DNA of 36,011 nucleotides from a virus (lineage: Duplodnaviria > Caudoviricetes): the IMG/VR virus record IMGVR_UViG_3300031519_004675, positions 1-36,011 of that record. One strand, 5' to 3'. Each line of letters begins with the position of its first letter. The stretch's first letter is position 1. A program made the translations under genes and the position numbers. Below the pieces are notes generated by a model. It saw only the letters and a program-made list of their open reading frames with translations. It was not told the DNA's origin and did not search any database. Positions 1 to 9,317 of the stretch are shown here, piece by piece.

Positions 1-1025
1 ATACAACAGGATCAGCTGCAACTCTTACAACAGCAAGAACTATTGCTGGTGTATCATTTGATGGTAGTGCCAACATAGCAATTGCATCAACAGACTTAAC
101 AGATGTAACATCAACAGCTGCAGAATTAAACTTTAATGACGGAGTAACTCTTGGTACTGCTATCGCTTCTAAAACTGTTACAACAGATTCAAATAAAGAC
201 ACAACAGGTCAAAGAAATTTAACTATTACAGGCGAACTTGATGCAGCTACTTTAGACATTTCAGGTGATGCAGATATTGATGGTACTCTTGAAGCAGATG
301 CTATTACTATCGGTGGAGTATCACTAGCAGAAACTATTTCTGATACTGTGGGTGCCATGGTTTCATCTAATACAGAGACAAATATAACAGTAACATATCA
401 AGATGCAGATAATACCTTAGACTTTGCAATCGGCACACTTAACCAAGACACAACAGGTTCAGCTGCAACTTTAACAACTGCAAGAACAATCGCTGGTCAA
501 TCATTCGATGGTTCTGCTAACATAGCAATTGCATCAACAGATTTATCAAATACAAGTGCGATTGCATTATTAACAGCATCGCAAACAATGACTAACAAAA
601 CATTAACATCACCACAAATCAATACACAAATAGATATGTTAGCAAGAGCAGAAATGAGATTTCAAGATGCAAGTGGTGGACAATACGTTGCTTTAGAAGC
701 GCCGGCAACTGTATCAAGTAATGTTACATTTACTTTACCATCAGCTGATGGTGATGCAGATCAAGTAATTGTTACAGATGGTTCTGGTGCTTTATCTTTT
801 GCAGATGCAGGTGGTGGAGCTGGTGGATTTAGTGCCTCAACAATTGTAGTTGCACCAGGTCAAGCAGGTGACTTTGCATTAACTAAAACAAACAATGCTG
901 GGGATGAAGAGAGTGGTTTTGAAACAGGGGCAACAGATGTCTTTGGAGTTGCAATTGGATCAGTATTTGATCTTATGGAACCTGTCGGGGCCGGCGGAAC
1001 AACTACTGATTTTGGAGCATTCTAA
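1..1025 (+). CDS. Tail fibre / virion fibre protein, C-terminal part (begins upstream of window)
   Basis: Frame of ORF 348..1025 stays open back to position 3; T/A/G/S/D-rich; repeated TTGSAATLTTARTIAGxSFDGSANI fibre motif; C-terminal 'YVALEAPATVSSNVTFTLPSADG...TDGSGALSF' segment typical of marine phage fibres. Confidence 0.75.
   Translation, partial: TTGSAATLTTARTIAGVSFDGSANIAIASTDLTDVTSTAAELNFNDGVTLGTAIASKTVTTDSNKDTTGQRNLTITGELDAATLDISGDADIDGTLEADAITIGGVSLAETISDTVGAMVSSNTETNITVTYQDADNTLDFAIGTLNQDTTGSAATLTTARTIAGQSFDGSANIAIASTDLSNTSAIALLTASQTMTNKTLTSPQINTQIDMLARAEMRFQDASGGQYVALEAPATVSSNVTFTLPSADGDADQVIVTDGSGALSFADAGGGAGGFSASTIVVAPGQAGDFALTKTNNAGDEESGFETGATDVFGVAIGSVFDLMEPVGAGGTTTDFGAF
3..545 (+). 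repeat. Intragenic 96-bp repeat, two copies (3-98 and 450-545)
   Basis: Both encode TTGSAATLTTARTIAG(V/Q)SFDGSANIAIASTDL (31/32 aa identical) with many synonymous differences. Confidence 0.9.
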
Positions 1026-1029
1026 TACT

Positions 1030-1037
1030 TATAAATA
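1030..1037 (+). promoter_or_regulatory. T4-type late promoter TATAAATA
   Basis: Exact gp55 consensus in intergenic gap, followed by AAGGA SD and ATG 1056. Confidence 0.8.
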
Positions 1038-1055
1038 GAGAATAAGGACAAAAAT

Positions 1056-2516
1056 ATGACAAGATATAGCAAAACAATGACAGAGAGTTATCAAGAAGTA
1101 GTTGAAAAACTAAAACCTTCTGATGGCGCTGGTGCATACGTTAAAGATTTTAAAAAATCTGATGCTCCACAATTCAAAGGAAAATCAGATGACAAATTAA
1201 GAGACATGGCAATCGCAGCATATCTTGACGACAAAGAAGAAAACATGCAGATTGAAGGTAAGTATTTAAAATATTCAAACTTACTAATGAAGAAAGCAAA
1301 AGAGATGCAAGCAATCGACAAAGCTCAAAACAAGTCAAAGGTTGCAAATCCCTCATTAAATGCTATTAAAGAAATCGACAAAGAAATTGAAAAAGAAAAA
1401 AAGAAATTAGGAATAAAAGAAGAAGAAGATAAAGACATTGAAGAAAAAATGATGGATGCTTACGCAGTTAGATATCATCTTCAAGGAAAAGGCAGATTGG
1501 TTCAAGCATATAAAACAAAACCAGATGCAGAAAAAAGAGCAAAAATTTTAAAGTCAATGGGTGGAGTAAAAGATGTTTCTATCACAGGCCCACATAATCT
1601 AAACATGAAAGAAGACATGTCTAGATATTATGATGACACTATGTTAGGTCTAGGAAAACCTAAAACATACAATCCTAGAAATCAAAAGTTTGAAGATTAT
1701 ATACAAGAACTTAAAGACGATATTAGCGAAGCAAAATTTGAAGTTAAAATCAAAGGCTTAGATACAATGTTTATTGATGCATCATCAGCTGGAACTGTCA
1801 AAGCAAATCTTAAGAAGATGTTAAGAAATCCTAAAGACATTGAGTCAGTAGAAAGAATAGCACCAACAGATATGAAGAAAGCATTAAGAAAAAAAATTGC
1901 TGGTAAAGAAGATGATGGTATATCAAAAGCACCACACATTCAAGCTCAAGAAGGCAAAAATAAAAAAATTCTAATATCTAAAATTAAAGATAAGAAAATT
2001 GAAAAAGATATAATGATGATGGTTAAACAAGGTAACATGAATATTAGTCTATCAAAATCATCTAAAGGTGTTCAAGCTGATGGTGATGTAAAAGATATAT
2101 TGAAATTAGTTAAAGGGTTAAATAATAAACATATGAGTAAAATTATCAATCCTAGTAACCCACCATTTGAAATTAAAATGGAAGATATAAACGAACAAAA
2201 TAAAACTGCTTACGAAAAATATACAGGAGTTAAAAATCCTATTACAGAAGGTAGAAGATCGAATTATGCTTCAGACGATGAGGATGAAGAGGGAGCAAAC
2301 AAGAATATTATTATGCAATTAAGAAAGTCACTTAATTTGAGAAATATGTATGATGTAGTATTTGATGACGGAAAGAAAGTGAAAGTTAAAGAACCAGTAG
2401 CAAGAGCAGCTATTGAAATGCATTCACGATTTAGACTATCAAGAGACAAACTAGCGTTTCAAAATAAGATTGGAAAGTCTTATAGAGACTTATTGAACGC
2501 ATTAAAAAAAGGATAA
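1056..2516 (+). CDS. Lys/Glu-rich modular protein, probable internal head protein processed by prohead protease
   Basis: Late promoter; modules (e.g. DFKKSDAPQFKGKS...MAIAAY) separated by hydrophobic-x-E sites (VVE, IEE, MKE, ISE, INE, ITE). Confidence 0.55.
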   Translation: MTRYSKTMTESYQEVVEKLKPSDGAGAYVKDFKKSDAPQFKGKSDDKLRDMAIAAYLDDKEENMQIEGKYLKYSNLLMKKAKEMQAIDKAQNKSKVANPSLNAIKEIDKEIEKEKKKLGIKEEEDKDIEEKMMDAYAVRYHLQGKGRLVQAYKTKPDAEKRAKILKSMGGVKDVSITGPHNLNMKEDMSRYYDDTMLGLGKPKTYNPRNQKFEDYIQELKDDISEAKFEVKIKGLDTMFIDASSAGTVKANLKKMLRNPKDIESVERIAPTDMKKALRKKIAGKEDDGISKAPHIQAQEGKNKKILISKIKDKKIEKDIMMMVKQGNMNISLSKSSKGVQADGDVKDILKLVKGLNNKHMSKIINPSNPPFEIKMEDINEQNKTAYEKYTGVKNPITEGRRSNYASDDEDEEGANKNIIMQLRKSLNLRNMYDVVFDDGKKVKVKEPVARAAIEMHSRFRLSRDKLAFQNKIGKSYRDLLNALKKG

Positions 2517-2520
2517 AACT

Positions 2521-3258
2521 ATGAATAATAAGGATATGGGAAAGAAATATTTTGAAACAAGAAAAGATAGTCTCGAAGATTCAGTAAAAAACATTTTCGG
2601 AAATACTATCAGTTCAGAACAAAATAAATTCAACGAGGCAGCTAAAGCTGCAACAGATGCTGGCAAAGAATACTTTGTAGTAAATGGATTACAACACAAA
2701 ACACCAGTTGCAGAAGCAAAAGAAGTTGCTAAGGAAATAACTGACAAACAAAAGAAACTTCCTAAAGCATTACAAGCTGCAATCAAGAAAAAAGAAGATG
2801 GTGAAAAAGAAGTACCAAAAGGTTCTCACAGAATGCCTGACGGTAGTATCATGAAAGATGATGATAAGTCAATGAAAGAAGACAGTCTTGATAAAGTAAA
2901 TCCAAAAGCTGTTAAGAAAAAGTTTGATGACAGAAAAGACAAAGACATTGACAACGATGGCGATGTTGATTCTTCTGATAAGTTTTTACACAAAAGAAGA
3001 AAAGCAATTTCTAAAGCAGTAAAGAATGAAGAGAAATCAATTGTTGATATTCAACAAGAGAAAAATCTTTCTATGAGAGAAATGCTAGCTAAGATTTGGG
3101 GAATAGACGAAGGTAAGTCACCTTTTGCAACGGAAGATAAAGCACCTAAAAAGAAATCAGGTAAAACTGAATCAGGTGAAAAGGCGACTGAAGTTAAAAT
3201 TAACCCAGAGCTTGCACCAGTAGTACAAACTCAAATAGTGCCGAACGCAGACAGATAA
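2521..3258 (+). CDS. Charged hypothetical virion-associated protein with DxDxDG loop
   Basis: Contains KDIDNDGDVDSSDKFLHKRRKAI motif recurrent in T4-like marine phages, and HRMPDG motif. Confidence 0.55.
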   Translation: MNNKDMGKKYFETRKDSLEDSVKNIFGNTISSEQNKFNEAAKAATDAGKEYFVVNGLQHKTPVAEAKEVAKEITDKQKKLPKALQAAIKKKEDGEKEVPKGSHRMPDGSIMKDDDKSMKEDSLDKVNPKAVKKKFDDRKDKDIDNDGDVDSSDKFLHKRRKAISKAVKNEEKSIVDIQQEKNLSMREMLAKIWGIDEGKSPFATEDKAPKKKSGKTESGEKATEVKINPELAPVVQTQIVPNADR

Positions 3259-3262
3259 CACA

Positions 3263-3787
3263 ATGAAAACACTTAGTGACTTAACGATACTAAGTGAATC
3301 GACATTACCTGAAATCTATTGTGATATGGATCAGGTCTTATGTGATTTTCTTAAGGGAGCTGACGATGCAGTCATGGATAAATTCGTGACTTTCGACAAA
3401 GGTTCTCGTTGGGATGTGATCACAAAAATGGGTAAGAAGTTTTGGGCAAATCTAGAATGGATGATTGGTGGAAAACAACTCTACAAATTTATATCTAGAT
3501 ATGATCCTAATGTACTATCTGCTTATTCTGACAAAGATGCTAACGGATCAAGACAGGGTAAGATGCAATGGTTAAAAAAGAATACTAAGTTTAAACGAAG
3601 TAAAGTACACTTAGTATTGAGAGAACAAAAGAAAAAATTTGCCAAAAATAGTGATGGCAAACCTAATATCTTGATAGATGACTATCAAAAAAATGTTATT
3701 GAATGGGAAAGAGCAGGCGGAATTGGAATAATCCATAAGAGTACACCCTTTACTATTCAAGAATTAAAGAAATTAGGGTTTAAATAA
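3263..3787 (+). CDS. HAD-superfamily 5'(3')-deoxyribonucleotidase-like protein
   Basis: Motif I IYCDMDQVLCDF, motif IV ILIDD, C-terminal WERAGGIGIIH. Confidence 0.85.
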   Translation: MKTLSDLTILSESTLPEIYCDMDQVLCDFLKGADDAVMDKFVTFDKGSRWDVITKMGKKFWANLEWMIGGKQLYKFISRYDPNVLSAYSDKDANGSRQGKMQWLKKNTKFKRSKVHLVLREQKKKFAKNSDGKPNILIDDYQKNVIEWERAGGIGIIHKSTPFTIQELKKLGFK

Positions 3788-3788
3788 T

Positions 3789-3796
3789 TATAAATA
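3789..3796 (+). promoter_or_regulatory. T4-type late promoter TATAAATA
   Basis: Exact consensus, intergenic, upstream of AAGGAG SD and ATG 3831. Confidence 0.8.
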
Positions 3797-3830
3797 AACA
3801 TATAAAAGATAAAAAAACAAGGAGATCAAT

Positions 3831-4802
3831 ATGAGTTTATGGGGAAAAACAACTGACGCCGCTGACAGGCCTAAGTTTTTACCAAAAGATTCGAATGCTT
3901 CTGGCTCAATGGGCGCAAGAGAAAACGCAATTGCAACAGCAGGTGGATGGGCTTTATCGCCTGGTCTTGCTGCTTCAGGCAACGATAACCCTAATGCTCA
4001 ACCAGAACTTCTAATCTGTTTAAAAAATTTAGCAACAGTCTTTGGATCAGCAACTGTTAAATCAATCGATTGGACAGACGGAACAGTAGGTAATGTTGGA
4101 ACATTTGACATTACAGTTACTTTCGATGAAGCAGTAGATATAACGTCTGCCGCTTGGAGTGCTAACCAAACAATAACAAACAAAGCTTACATCCTACTTT
4201 CTAGAATAGGCAAAACAGACATGGTAGAAGACTCTACTATGGCATGTATGTACTATGCTGGTACAGGTACTAACCAAATTACTTTCAGAGGAACTGCTCA
4301 GACTAACGCTGCAACAGGATACTTAGGATTTAATGGTGGTGCTCAAGGGGATACTGCTGATAATTCTGTATGTATTATATTTGACGGATCATCAACCGCA
4401 GCTGAAGAAGACGGAAATTCTGTTCTATCAATTAGATTAGAATCTGGCACAACTGGCTACGATGCGAATGTACCTTCAAAATTAGTACTAGATACAGCTG
4501 CAGACGCAGGTGACGAAATACTTGCAGAGTCAATTGACTTTGCCGTAGAAGGTGATGATAACGCAACAGATATTACTGGTATCGCAAGAACTGGTGAAGT
4601 CGCAGGCGGTAACATCTTACTTGAACAAGGCGCAAACGACACAGGTAGAGATACTTTAGTACAAGATACAGCTGCTAACGTCAATGAAAATTTTGACTTA
4701 GAAGACACTACAACAGCTGGTATCGCTGTACACACACAAGCTGGATCAACATCTGGTTCTGCAACATTAGTACTTGCAGGTGTGGACGTAGCGGCCGCAT
4801 AA
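3831..4802 (+). CDS. Putative virion structural protein
   Basis: MSLWG N-terminus, acidic A/G/T/D-rich beta-type composition, late promoter, strong SD. Confidence 0.55.
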   Translation: MSLWGKTTDAADRPKFLPKDSNASGSMGARENAIATAGGWALSPGLAASGNDNPNAQPELLICLKNLATVFGSATVKSIDWTDGTVGNVGTFDITVTFDEAVDITSAAWSANQTITNKAYILLSRIGKTDMVEDSTMACMYYAGTGTNQITFRGTAQTNAATGYLGFNGGAQGDTADNSVCIIFDGSSTAAEEDGNSVLSIRLESGTTGYDANVPSKLVLDTAADAGDEILAESIDFAVEGDDNATDITGIARTGEVAGGNILLEQGANDTGRDTLVQDTAANVNENFDLEDTTTAGIAVHTQAGSTSGSATLVLAGVDVAAA

Positions 4803-4832
4803 TACTAATTACTTCTCGGTTGTTGAGATTAA

Positions 4833-4864
4833 CCCTTGACAACCGAGTATAAATAGTATATAAA
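4833..4864 (+). promoter_or_regulatory. Composite promoter: CCCTTGACA early -35 with nested late TATAAATA (4848-4855)
   Basis: TTGACA 4836-4841, TATAAA 4859-4864 at 17-bp spacing; inverted repeat CTCGGTTGT/ACAACCGAG 4815-4847 overlaps it. Confidence 0.65.
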
Positions 4865-4896
4865 TGAAAACTTATAATTAAAGGAGTGAATATTTT

Positions 4897-5160
4897 ATGA
4901 GTACGATAGAAGCAAAAAAAATTCAAAATCGTCTAGAAAAACTTGACGGAGATATTAATAATCTACGACAAGCAATTCAAGATTTTGATAGAAAGAAGTT
5001 AGAAGCAGTTGCACAGTTAAACGCCGTTCAAGGTGCGAGACAACAATGTCAACAATTTCTAACGGAAATCAAATCTGATAATGAAAATGCTTTAGTGAAT
5101 GACCCTAACACCCAACTAAAAGATTTAGGTGGATTAGGCGAAGACCCTAAAAGCAAATAA
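4897..5160 (+). CDS. Small coiled-coil hypothetical protein
   Basis: AAGGAG SD; heptad pattern LEKLDGDINNLRQAIQDF. Confidence 0.6.
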   Translation: MSTIEAKKIQNRLEKLDGDINNLRQAIQDFDRKKLEAVAQLNAVQGARQQCQQFLTEIKSDNENALVNDPNTQLKDLGGLGEDPKSK

Positions 5161-5234
5161 AGTGATTGTGTCATCTGGCACAAGTAATATCCCCCTCTTA
5201 TTAGCAGGGGTTAACATTAACAAGGAGACCTTAA

Positions 5235-5708
5235 ATGGCTGACAAAAAAATCACGGCGTTAACTGACCTTTCAACAGGTATAGCTGGTGCTGACTTACTA
5301 CACGTTATCGATGATCCAGCTGGAACACCGATTAACAAAAAAGTTAGTGTAACTAACTTCATCAACAACCTACCATCTTTCATTGGATTTTCAAATTCAG
5401 TAGAAGACATTTCAGACGGTACGCAAACTGCTATCTCTGTATCTACAGCTTTAACTTTACTTCAAACTGCTGGTTCAAACGCAACTACACTTGCTGACGG
5501 AACTGTTGTAGGACAAGTAAAAATTATCGTTCACGATACTGACGGTGGTTCAACTGTTTGTACACCTGCAGACCCTATGGGTTATGCTGATCTTAACTTT
5601 GCAGCAGTAGGTGATACTGCAACATTGCTTTGGTCTGGTACTAAATGGGCTGTCTTAGCTACGCATAATGCGGGTTCTGATAGTGGTATTGTTGACATCG
5701 CTAACTAA
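5235..5708 (+). CDS. Putative virion structural (capsid-decoration-like) protein
   Basis: MADKKITALTDL N-terminus common in phage structural proteins; strong AAGGAG SD; flanked by hairpins. Confidence 0.55.
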   Translation: MADKKITALTDLSTGIAGADLLHVIDDPAGTPINKKVSVTNFINNLPSFIGFSNSVEDISDGTQTAISVSTALTLLQTAGSNATTLADGTVVGQVKIIVHDTDGGSTVCTPADPMGYADLNFAAVGDTATLLWSGTKWAVLATHNAGSDSGIVDIAN

Positions 5709-5733
5709 TAATTAGACGATCAATAATTACTAT

Positions 5734-5755
5734 GAGTGGGGCTTCGGCCCCACTC
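5734..5755 (+). terminator. C(UUCG)G hairpin, terminator or mRNA stabiliser
   Basis: GAGTGGGGC-TTCG-GCCCCACTC perfect 9-bp stem; T4-typical tetraloop; no U-tract. Confidence 0.7.
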
Positions 5756-5777
5756 TAATAAATGGGAAAAGGAAGAC

Positions 5778-6215
5778 ATGAAAACATTTAAACAAATAAA
5801 CGATTTACAAGAATCAGGCGTAGGTCCACATTCTCAACCAATGAGTATGGATGGTAATATGAATATGGCCGCTCTTGAAAATCCTCAAGTAGTTAGAAGT
5901 TTAAACACATTCGTTGGCGCTATCGCTAATCAACCTTATGAATTACCAGAACAAGCAATTGCAGCTCTTAGAGAAAAACTATCAAGAGTTGGATTAGAGT
6001 TTGAACCAACACCAGCAATGACTGAAAAAAAAGGATCGTTTGATCTTAAAATGTCTCTGTTTGGTGGAAGATTTGGTAAGGATGAGAACACACCTTTTAA
6101 TGAATTTTTAAAAGATGATGGTATTTCAAATAAAGTAGAAGGTGGATTATCACTTAAGCTTAGTTATGAAATGCTTGAGAACAACGCTTGTAAAATAACT
6201 GCTTCTATAAGTTAA
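5778..6215 (+). CDS. Hypothetical protein, probable internal head protein
   Basis: Start corrected to ATG 5778 (AAGGAA SD); N-terminus MKTFKQINDLQE resembles T4 capsid-targeting sequence. Confidence 0.6.
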   Translation: MKTFKQINDLQESGVGPHSQPMSMDGNMNMAALENPQVVRSLNTFVGAIANQPYELPEQAIAALREKLSRVGLEFEPTPAMTEKKGSFDLKMSLFGGRFGKDENTPFNEFLKDDGISNKVEGGLSLKLSYEMLENNACKITASIS

Positions 6216-6236
6216 TTAACTTAGAAAGTAACTCGT

Positions 6237-6599
6237 ATGTACGAGAATATAACAAGTGAAAACATAATGATGTTCGCTATTAAGAATTATAATAATTCTC
6301 AAGCGGGTGGCGAAGAAGAGTTTTATGATGACCTGAAAAGGATCAAGTACATCAAAAGATTATTCAAGCGATATTCTGAAACTAAAGAGTTAAGAGAACG
6401 TTTATTATTAAATCATTTCATAGTCCTTAAAAATATGTTTGGCGCTGATGCAGCGATAACATTGCTCCTATTTAAAATTGAAAAAGAACACTGGTCTTTA
6501 TTAAAGACTTTTTTAGTGTATCTAAATATGTTAAGAGAGAACGAATTATCAGATATAGAAGTTGATAATGAGGTTCTTACAAAACTAGAGGCATTGTAA
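6237..6599 (+). CDS. Conserved T4-like phage hypothetical protein
   Basis: EEFYDDLKRIKYIKRLF...LRERLLLNH motif familiar from marine T4-like phages. Confidence 0.65.
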   Translation: MYENITSENIMMFAIKNYNNSQAGGEEEFYDDLKRIKYIKRLFKRYSETKELRERLLLNHFIVLKNMFGADAAITLLLFKIEKEHWSLLKTFLVYLNMLRENELSDIEVDNEVLTKLEAL

Positions 6600-6600
6600 A

Positions 6601-7218
6601 ATGGGAAGAGCAGTAGATTTATTTGTAACGTATAGATTTCTAAAGTTGTTAACTACACCTTTTGAAAAACAAGATGCTTACAAACTAGGCGTCATAGATA
6701 AAAACGGCAACAGAATTAGAAAAGAAAAATCAACGCAAGTTGAAGTAGAATTAACAACAAGTCAGTTGAAAAATTCATACACAATCCTACACAAATTAGT
6801 ATTCAATATCAAAAAGATATTTCAGAAAGTGCCAGGTCTTAGAACTAAGGTTGGTACATACGCAGCATCATTATTCTTATTAAAAGACACTTTCAAAGAG
6901 GGTATGGAAGACCCTCATATGTTTGAAAAGGAGTTTTTAAACTATCTTGCTGAGCAAGGAGTAGAATTAGATGGCTCGATTTCAGAGAACGTGATAGGGT
7001 TTGGGGAACTATTGCCAAAAGGAAAGTATCGTCTAAAGCAAGATATCCTAAATAAAGAAGAGGAAGACTTGACAGCTAAAAAGGGTGATGTTGTCATCGC
7101 ATACGAGGACGAAACACCAACGGACACGGTTCTAGGAGTCGATATCTTCCCTGTGGTTCATGAAAAATCACAAGAAAAAATATACATATCTTTAGAAGAT
7201 ATAGAGGAAACAAAATGA
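6601..7218 (+). CDS. Conserved T4-like phage hypothetical protein
   Basis: DLFVTYRFLKLLTTPFEKQDAYKLGVID motif; typical neighbour of the preceding gene. Confidence 0.65.
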   Translation: MGRAVDLFVTYRFLKLLTTPFEKQDAYKLGVIDKNGNRIRKEKSTQVEVELTTSQLKNSYTILHKLVFNIKKIFQKVPGLRTKVGTYAASLFLLKDTFKEGMEDPHMFEKEFLNYLAEQGVELDGSISENVIGFGELLPKGKYRLKQDILNKEEEDLTAKKGDVVIAYEDETPTDTVLGVDIFPVVHEKSQEKIYISLEDIEETK

Positions 7219-7829
7219 AGAGATTTAGTCAGTTAATGAAACGTGGTCAAGTTAAAGTTGGCGATGCATACAAAGAAGACATGTCAAAATTTTACAATGA
7301 CCCTAAGATGGGTATTGGCAAACCAAAAACTTACAACGTAAAAACTCAATCGTTTGATGAAGACGCACCAATGAATGCGGCAGGCGCTGGTAATGTTGCA
7401 GGTATTGGAGTTGGACCTGATGGTGAACCAGGTGTTCCACCTAAAAAGAAAAGAGAATTAGATGCTCGTACTAAAAAGTTTAAAGAGTTTTATACTAAAC
7501 TTGAAAGAACTAGAAAGATGAGAGCAGAAAGAAAATCTAGATTAGCTGCACAAGCAACTAAACAAATGGAAGATTTTAATCACGAATATACTTTAGTTGA
7601 AAATAATATTCAAACTATAAAAGATATTGTAAAGAAAAAACAAAACAAACCTGTTAAGTTTAAAAATGGATCAATGAAAGTTGATCTATACACAGCATCA
7701 GCAGTTGCTCAAGTTTATGATAAAGTTAATACAGCAAACAGAGCAAAGATTGATAAAATGATTAACGGAACAAAACAGGATTTTATGAAAATATCAAGTG
7801 CCATATTTGGAATGCTTGGAAAAAAATAG
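7215..7829 (+). CDS. Hypothetical protein, probable processed internal head protein
   Basis: MKRFSQL start; EDAPMNAAGAGNVAGIG motif; shares a 30-aa module with 1056..2516. Confidence 0.6.
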   Translation: MKRFSQLMKRGQVKVGDAYKEDMSKFYNDPKMGIGKPKTYNVKTQSFDEDAPMNAAGAGNVAGIGVGPDGEPGVPPKKKRELDARTKKFKEFYTKLERTRKMRAERKSRLAAQATKQMEDFNHEYTLVENNIQTIKDIVKKKQNKPVKFKNGSMKVDLYTASAVAQVYDKVNTANRAKIDKMINGTKQDFMKISSAIFGMLGKK

Positions 7830-7839
7830 GGGTAAATAA

Positions 7840-8424
7840 ATGGAATTAATAATAACACTAGCAATAAAATTTTGGATGTGGTCAATACTAATAGCGCTCA
7901 TTCTTATGGGTTGGATTATCAATCTATTCGATAAAAAAATTGATGGTAGAGTTAATTTCAGTTACGAAGATTATCCTCAAATGCAACCAATTAAAATTTC
8001 TACAAAAGGAAAAGGATTCTTTGGTGCAATTAAAATGTGGATGTTAGGTTCAAGACAATGGACTATCACAAAGAACTTTGAATTTTCATTAGGAAAAGAC
8101 GCATATGTTATTCCAGCTGGATTTCAGTTTGATGGTGCTAGTATTCCTAAATTCTTAAGATCATTTTTATCACCAGTAGGTGTATTACTAATTGGTGGAC
8201 TAGTACATGATTATGCTTACAAGTATGCATGTTTAAATCCTGTAAACAAAAAGAAAGCTTTGTTGTTATTAGATCAGAAAAAAGCAGATCAAATTTTTAG
8301 AGATATTAATATCGAAGTAAATGGTTTTTTCTTATTAAACTTCTTAGCATATTGGGGTTTAAGAGTTGGTGGATTTATGGCATGGAACGGACATAGAAAA
8401 AGAAACATAGAACTTAAAAGATAA
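7840..8424 (+). CDS. DUF1353-like protein with N-terminal membrane anchor
   Basis: IPAGFQFDGASIP...GLVHDYAY...ADQIF motifs; hydrophobic N-terminus. Confidence 0.75.
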   Translation: MELIITLAIKFWMWSILIALILMGWIINLFDKKIDGRVNFSYEDYPQMQPIKISTKGKGFFGAIKMWMLGSRQWTITKNFEFSLGKDAYVIPAGFQFDGASIPKFLRSFLSPVGVLLIGGLVHDYAYKYACLNPVNKKKALLLLDQKKADQIFRDINIEVNGFFLLNFLAYWGLRVGGFMAWNGHRKRNIELKR

Positions 8425-8690
8425 TGAAAAAATTTAAAGAATATACTAATAACATAGGGGGCGTAGCTCAAGCATATGGAGTAACTATTCCTACTGGCGA
8501 TCTTAGAACTGAACCTCTAAATGCATCAAAACAAGATGAAAAATATCTTAAACAACTTAACAAGGCATTAGAAGATGATTTAGGTAAATTATATAAAAGT
8601 TATTTCAGTAATAAACCAAAAGATACTGTAACAAAAATCAACATGGTTAGAAAAAAATTAGGTCAAAAACCCTTGACAATATCCAAATAA
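8424..8690 (+). CDS. Hypothetical protein
   Basis: TAATG coupling; MKKFKEY capsid-targeting-like start. Confidence 0.55.
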   Translation: MKKFKEYTNNIGGVAQAYGVTIPTGDLRTEPLNASKQDEKYLKQLNKALEDDLGKLYKSYFSNKPKDTVTKINMVRKKLGQKPLTISK

Positions 8691-8701
8691 TCTGTTATAT
8701 T
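8670..8701 (+). promoter_or_regulatory. Sigma70-type early promoter
   Basis: CCC-TTGACA 8673-8678, 17 bp, TGn-TATATT 8696-8701; ATG 6 nt downstream. Confidence 0.75.
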
Positions 8702-8707
8702 TAACAG

Positions 8708-9307
8708 ATGAAACTCAAAGAATATATTAAACAAGACTATGTTAATAATTTAGATTATTACAAAGACACTATTAAATATGCTGACTTAGACCAATCTGGT
8801 TGGACTAACTTAGGAAGAGTAATAACACCAGACATTGAATTTCTTAAAATGATTACAACGGATGAGAGATCAGACGGACATAATAATGACAATGTTTATA
8901 CATATGGAAAACATCCTGAGCTAACAAAGTGGGGATATGATTTATTTCCAAATGTAAGATTACAAGATTGTAGAGTGCAACTTCAAAAGCCTGGTGATAA
9001 AGTTGATCCACATGTAGATACATTGATAGGACATATAGGAAATTGGATCAAAGAAGAACCAGAACTAGGTGAATTAGAACACTCACTAGAAAATCCAAAT
9101 GAGAATCTTAAAGCAGTAAGATATTTTATTGGTGTCGAAGATCGTATTGACGGACAAAACTTTGTGATTAATAATAGACAATGGATTTGGAAGTCAGGCG
9201 ATGTAATATCTCTAAATGTTTGGAGAGGTCTACACTACACAGAAAATACGAGTAATGTAGATAGATATATAATAAAGATAACAGGTATAGAAACATCTAT
9301 ACAATAA
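8708..9307 (+). CDS. Putative 2OG-Fe(II)/AspH-like oxygenase
   Basis: QKPGDKVDPHVD (HxD) ... WKSGD ... LHYTEN...R jelly-roll pattern. Confidence 0.65.
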   Translation: MKLKEYIKQDYVNNLDYYKDTIKYADLDQSGWTNLGRVITPDIEFLKMITTDERSDGHNNDNVYTYGKHPELTKWGYDLFPNVRLQDCRVQLQKPGDKVDPHVDTLIGHIGNWIKEEPELGELEHSLENPNENLKAVRYFIGVEDRIDGQNFVINNRQWIWKSGDVISLNVWRGLHYTENTSNVDRYIIKITGIETSIQ

Positions 9308-9317
9308 GGAGAAACAA

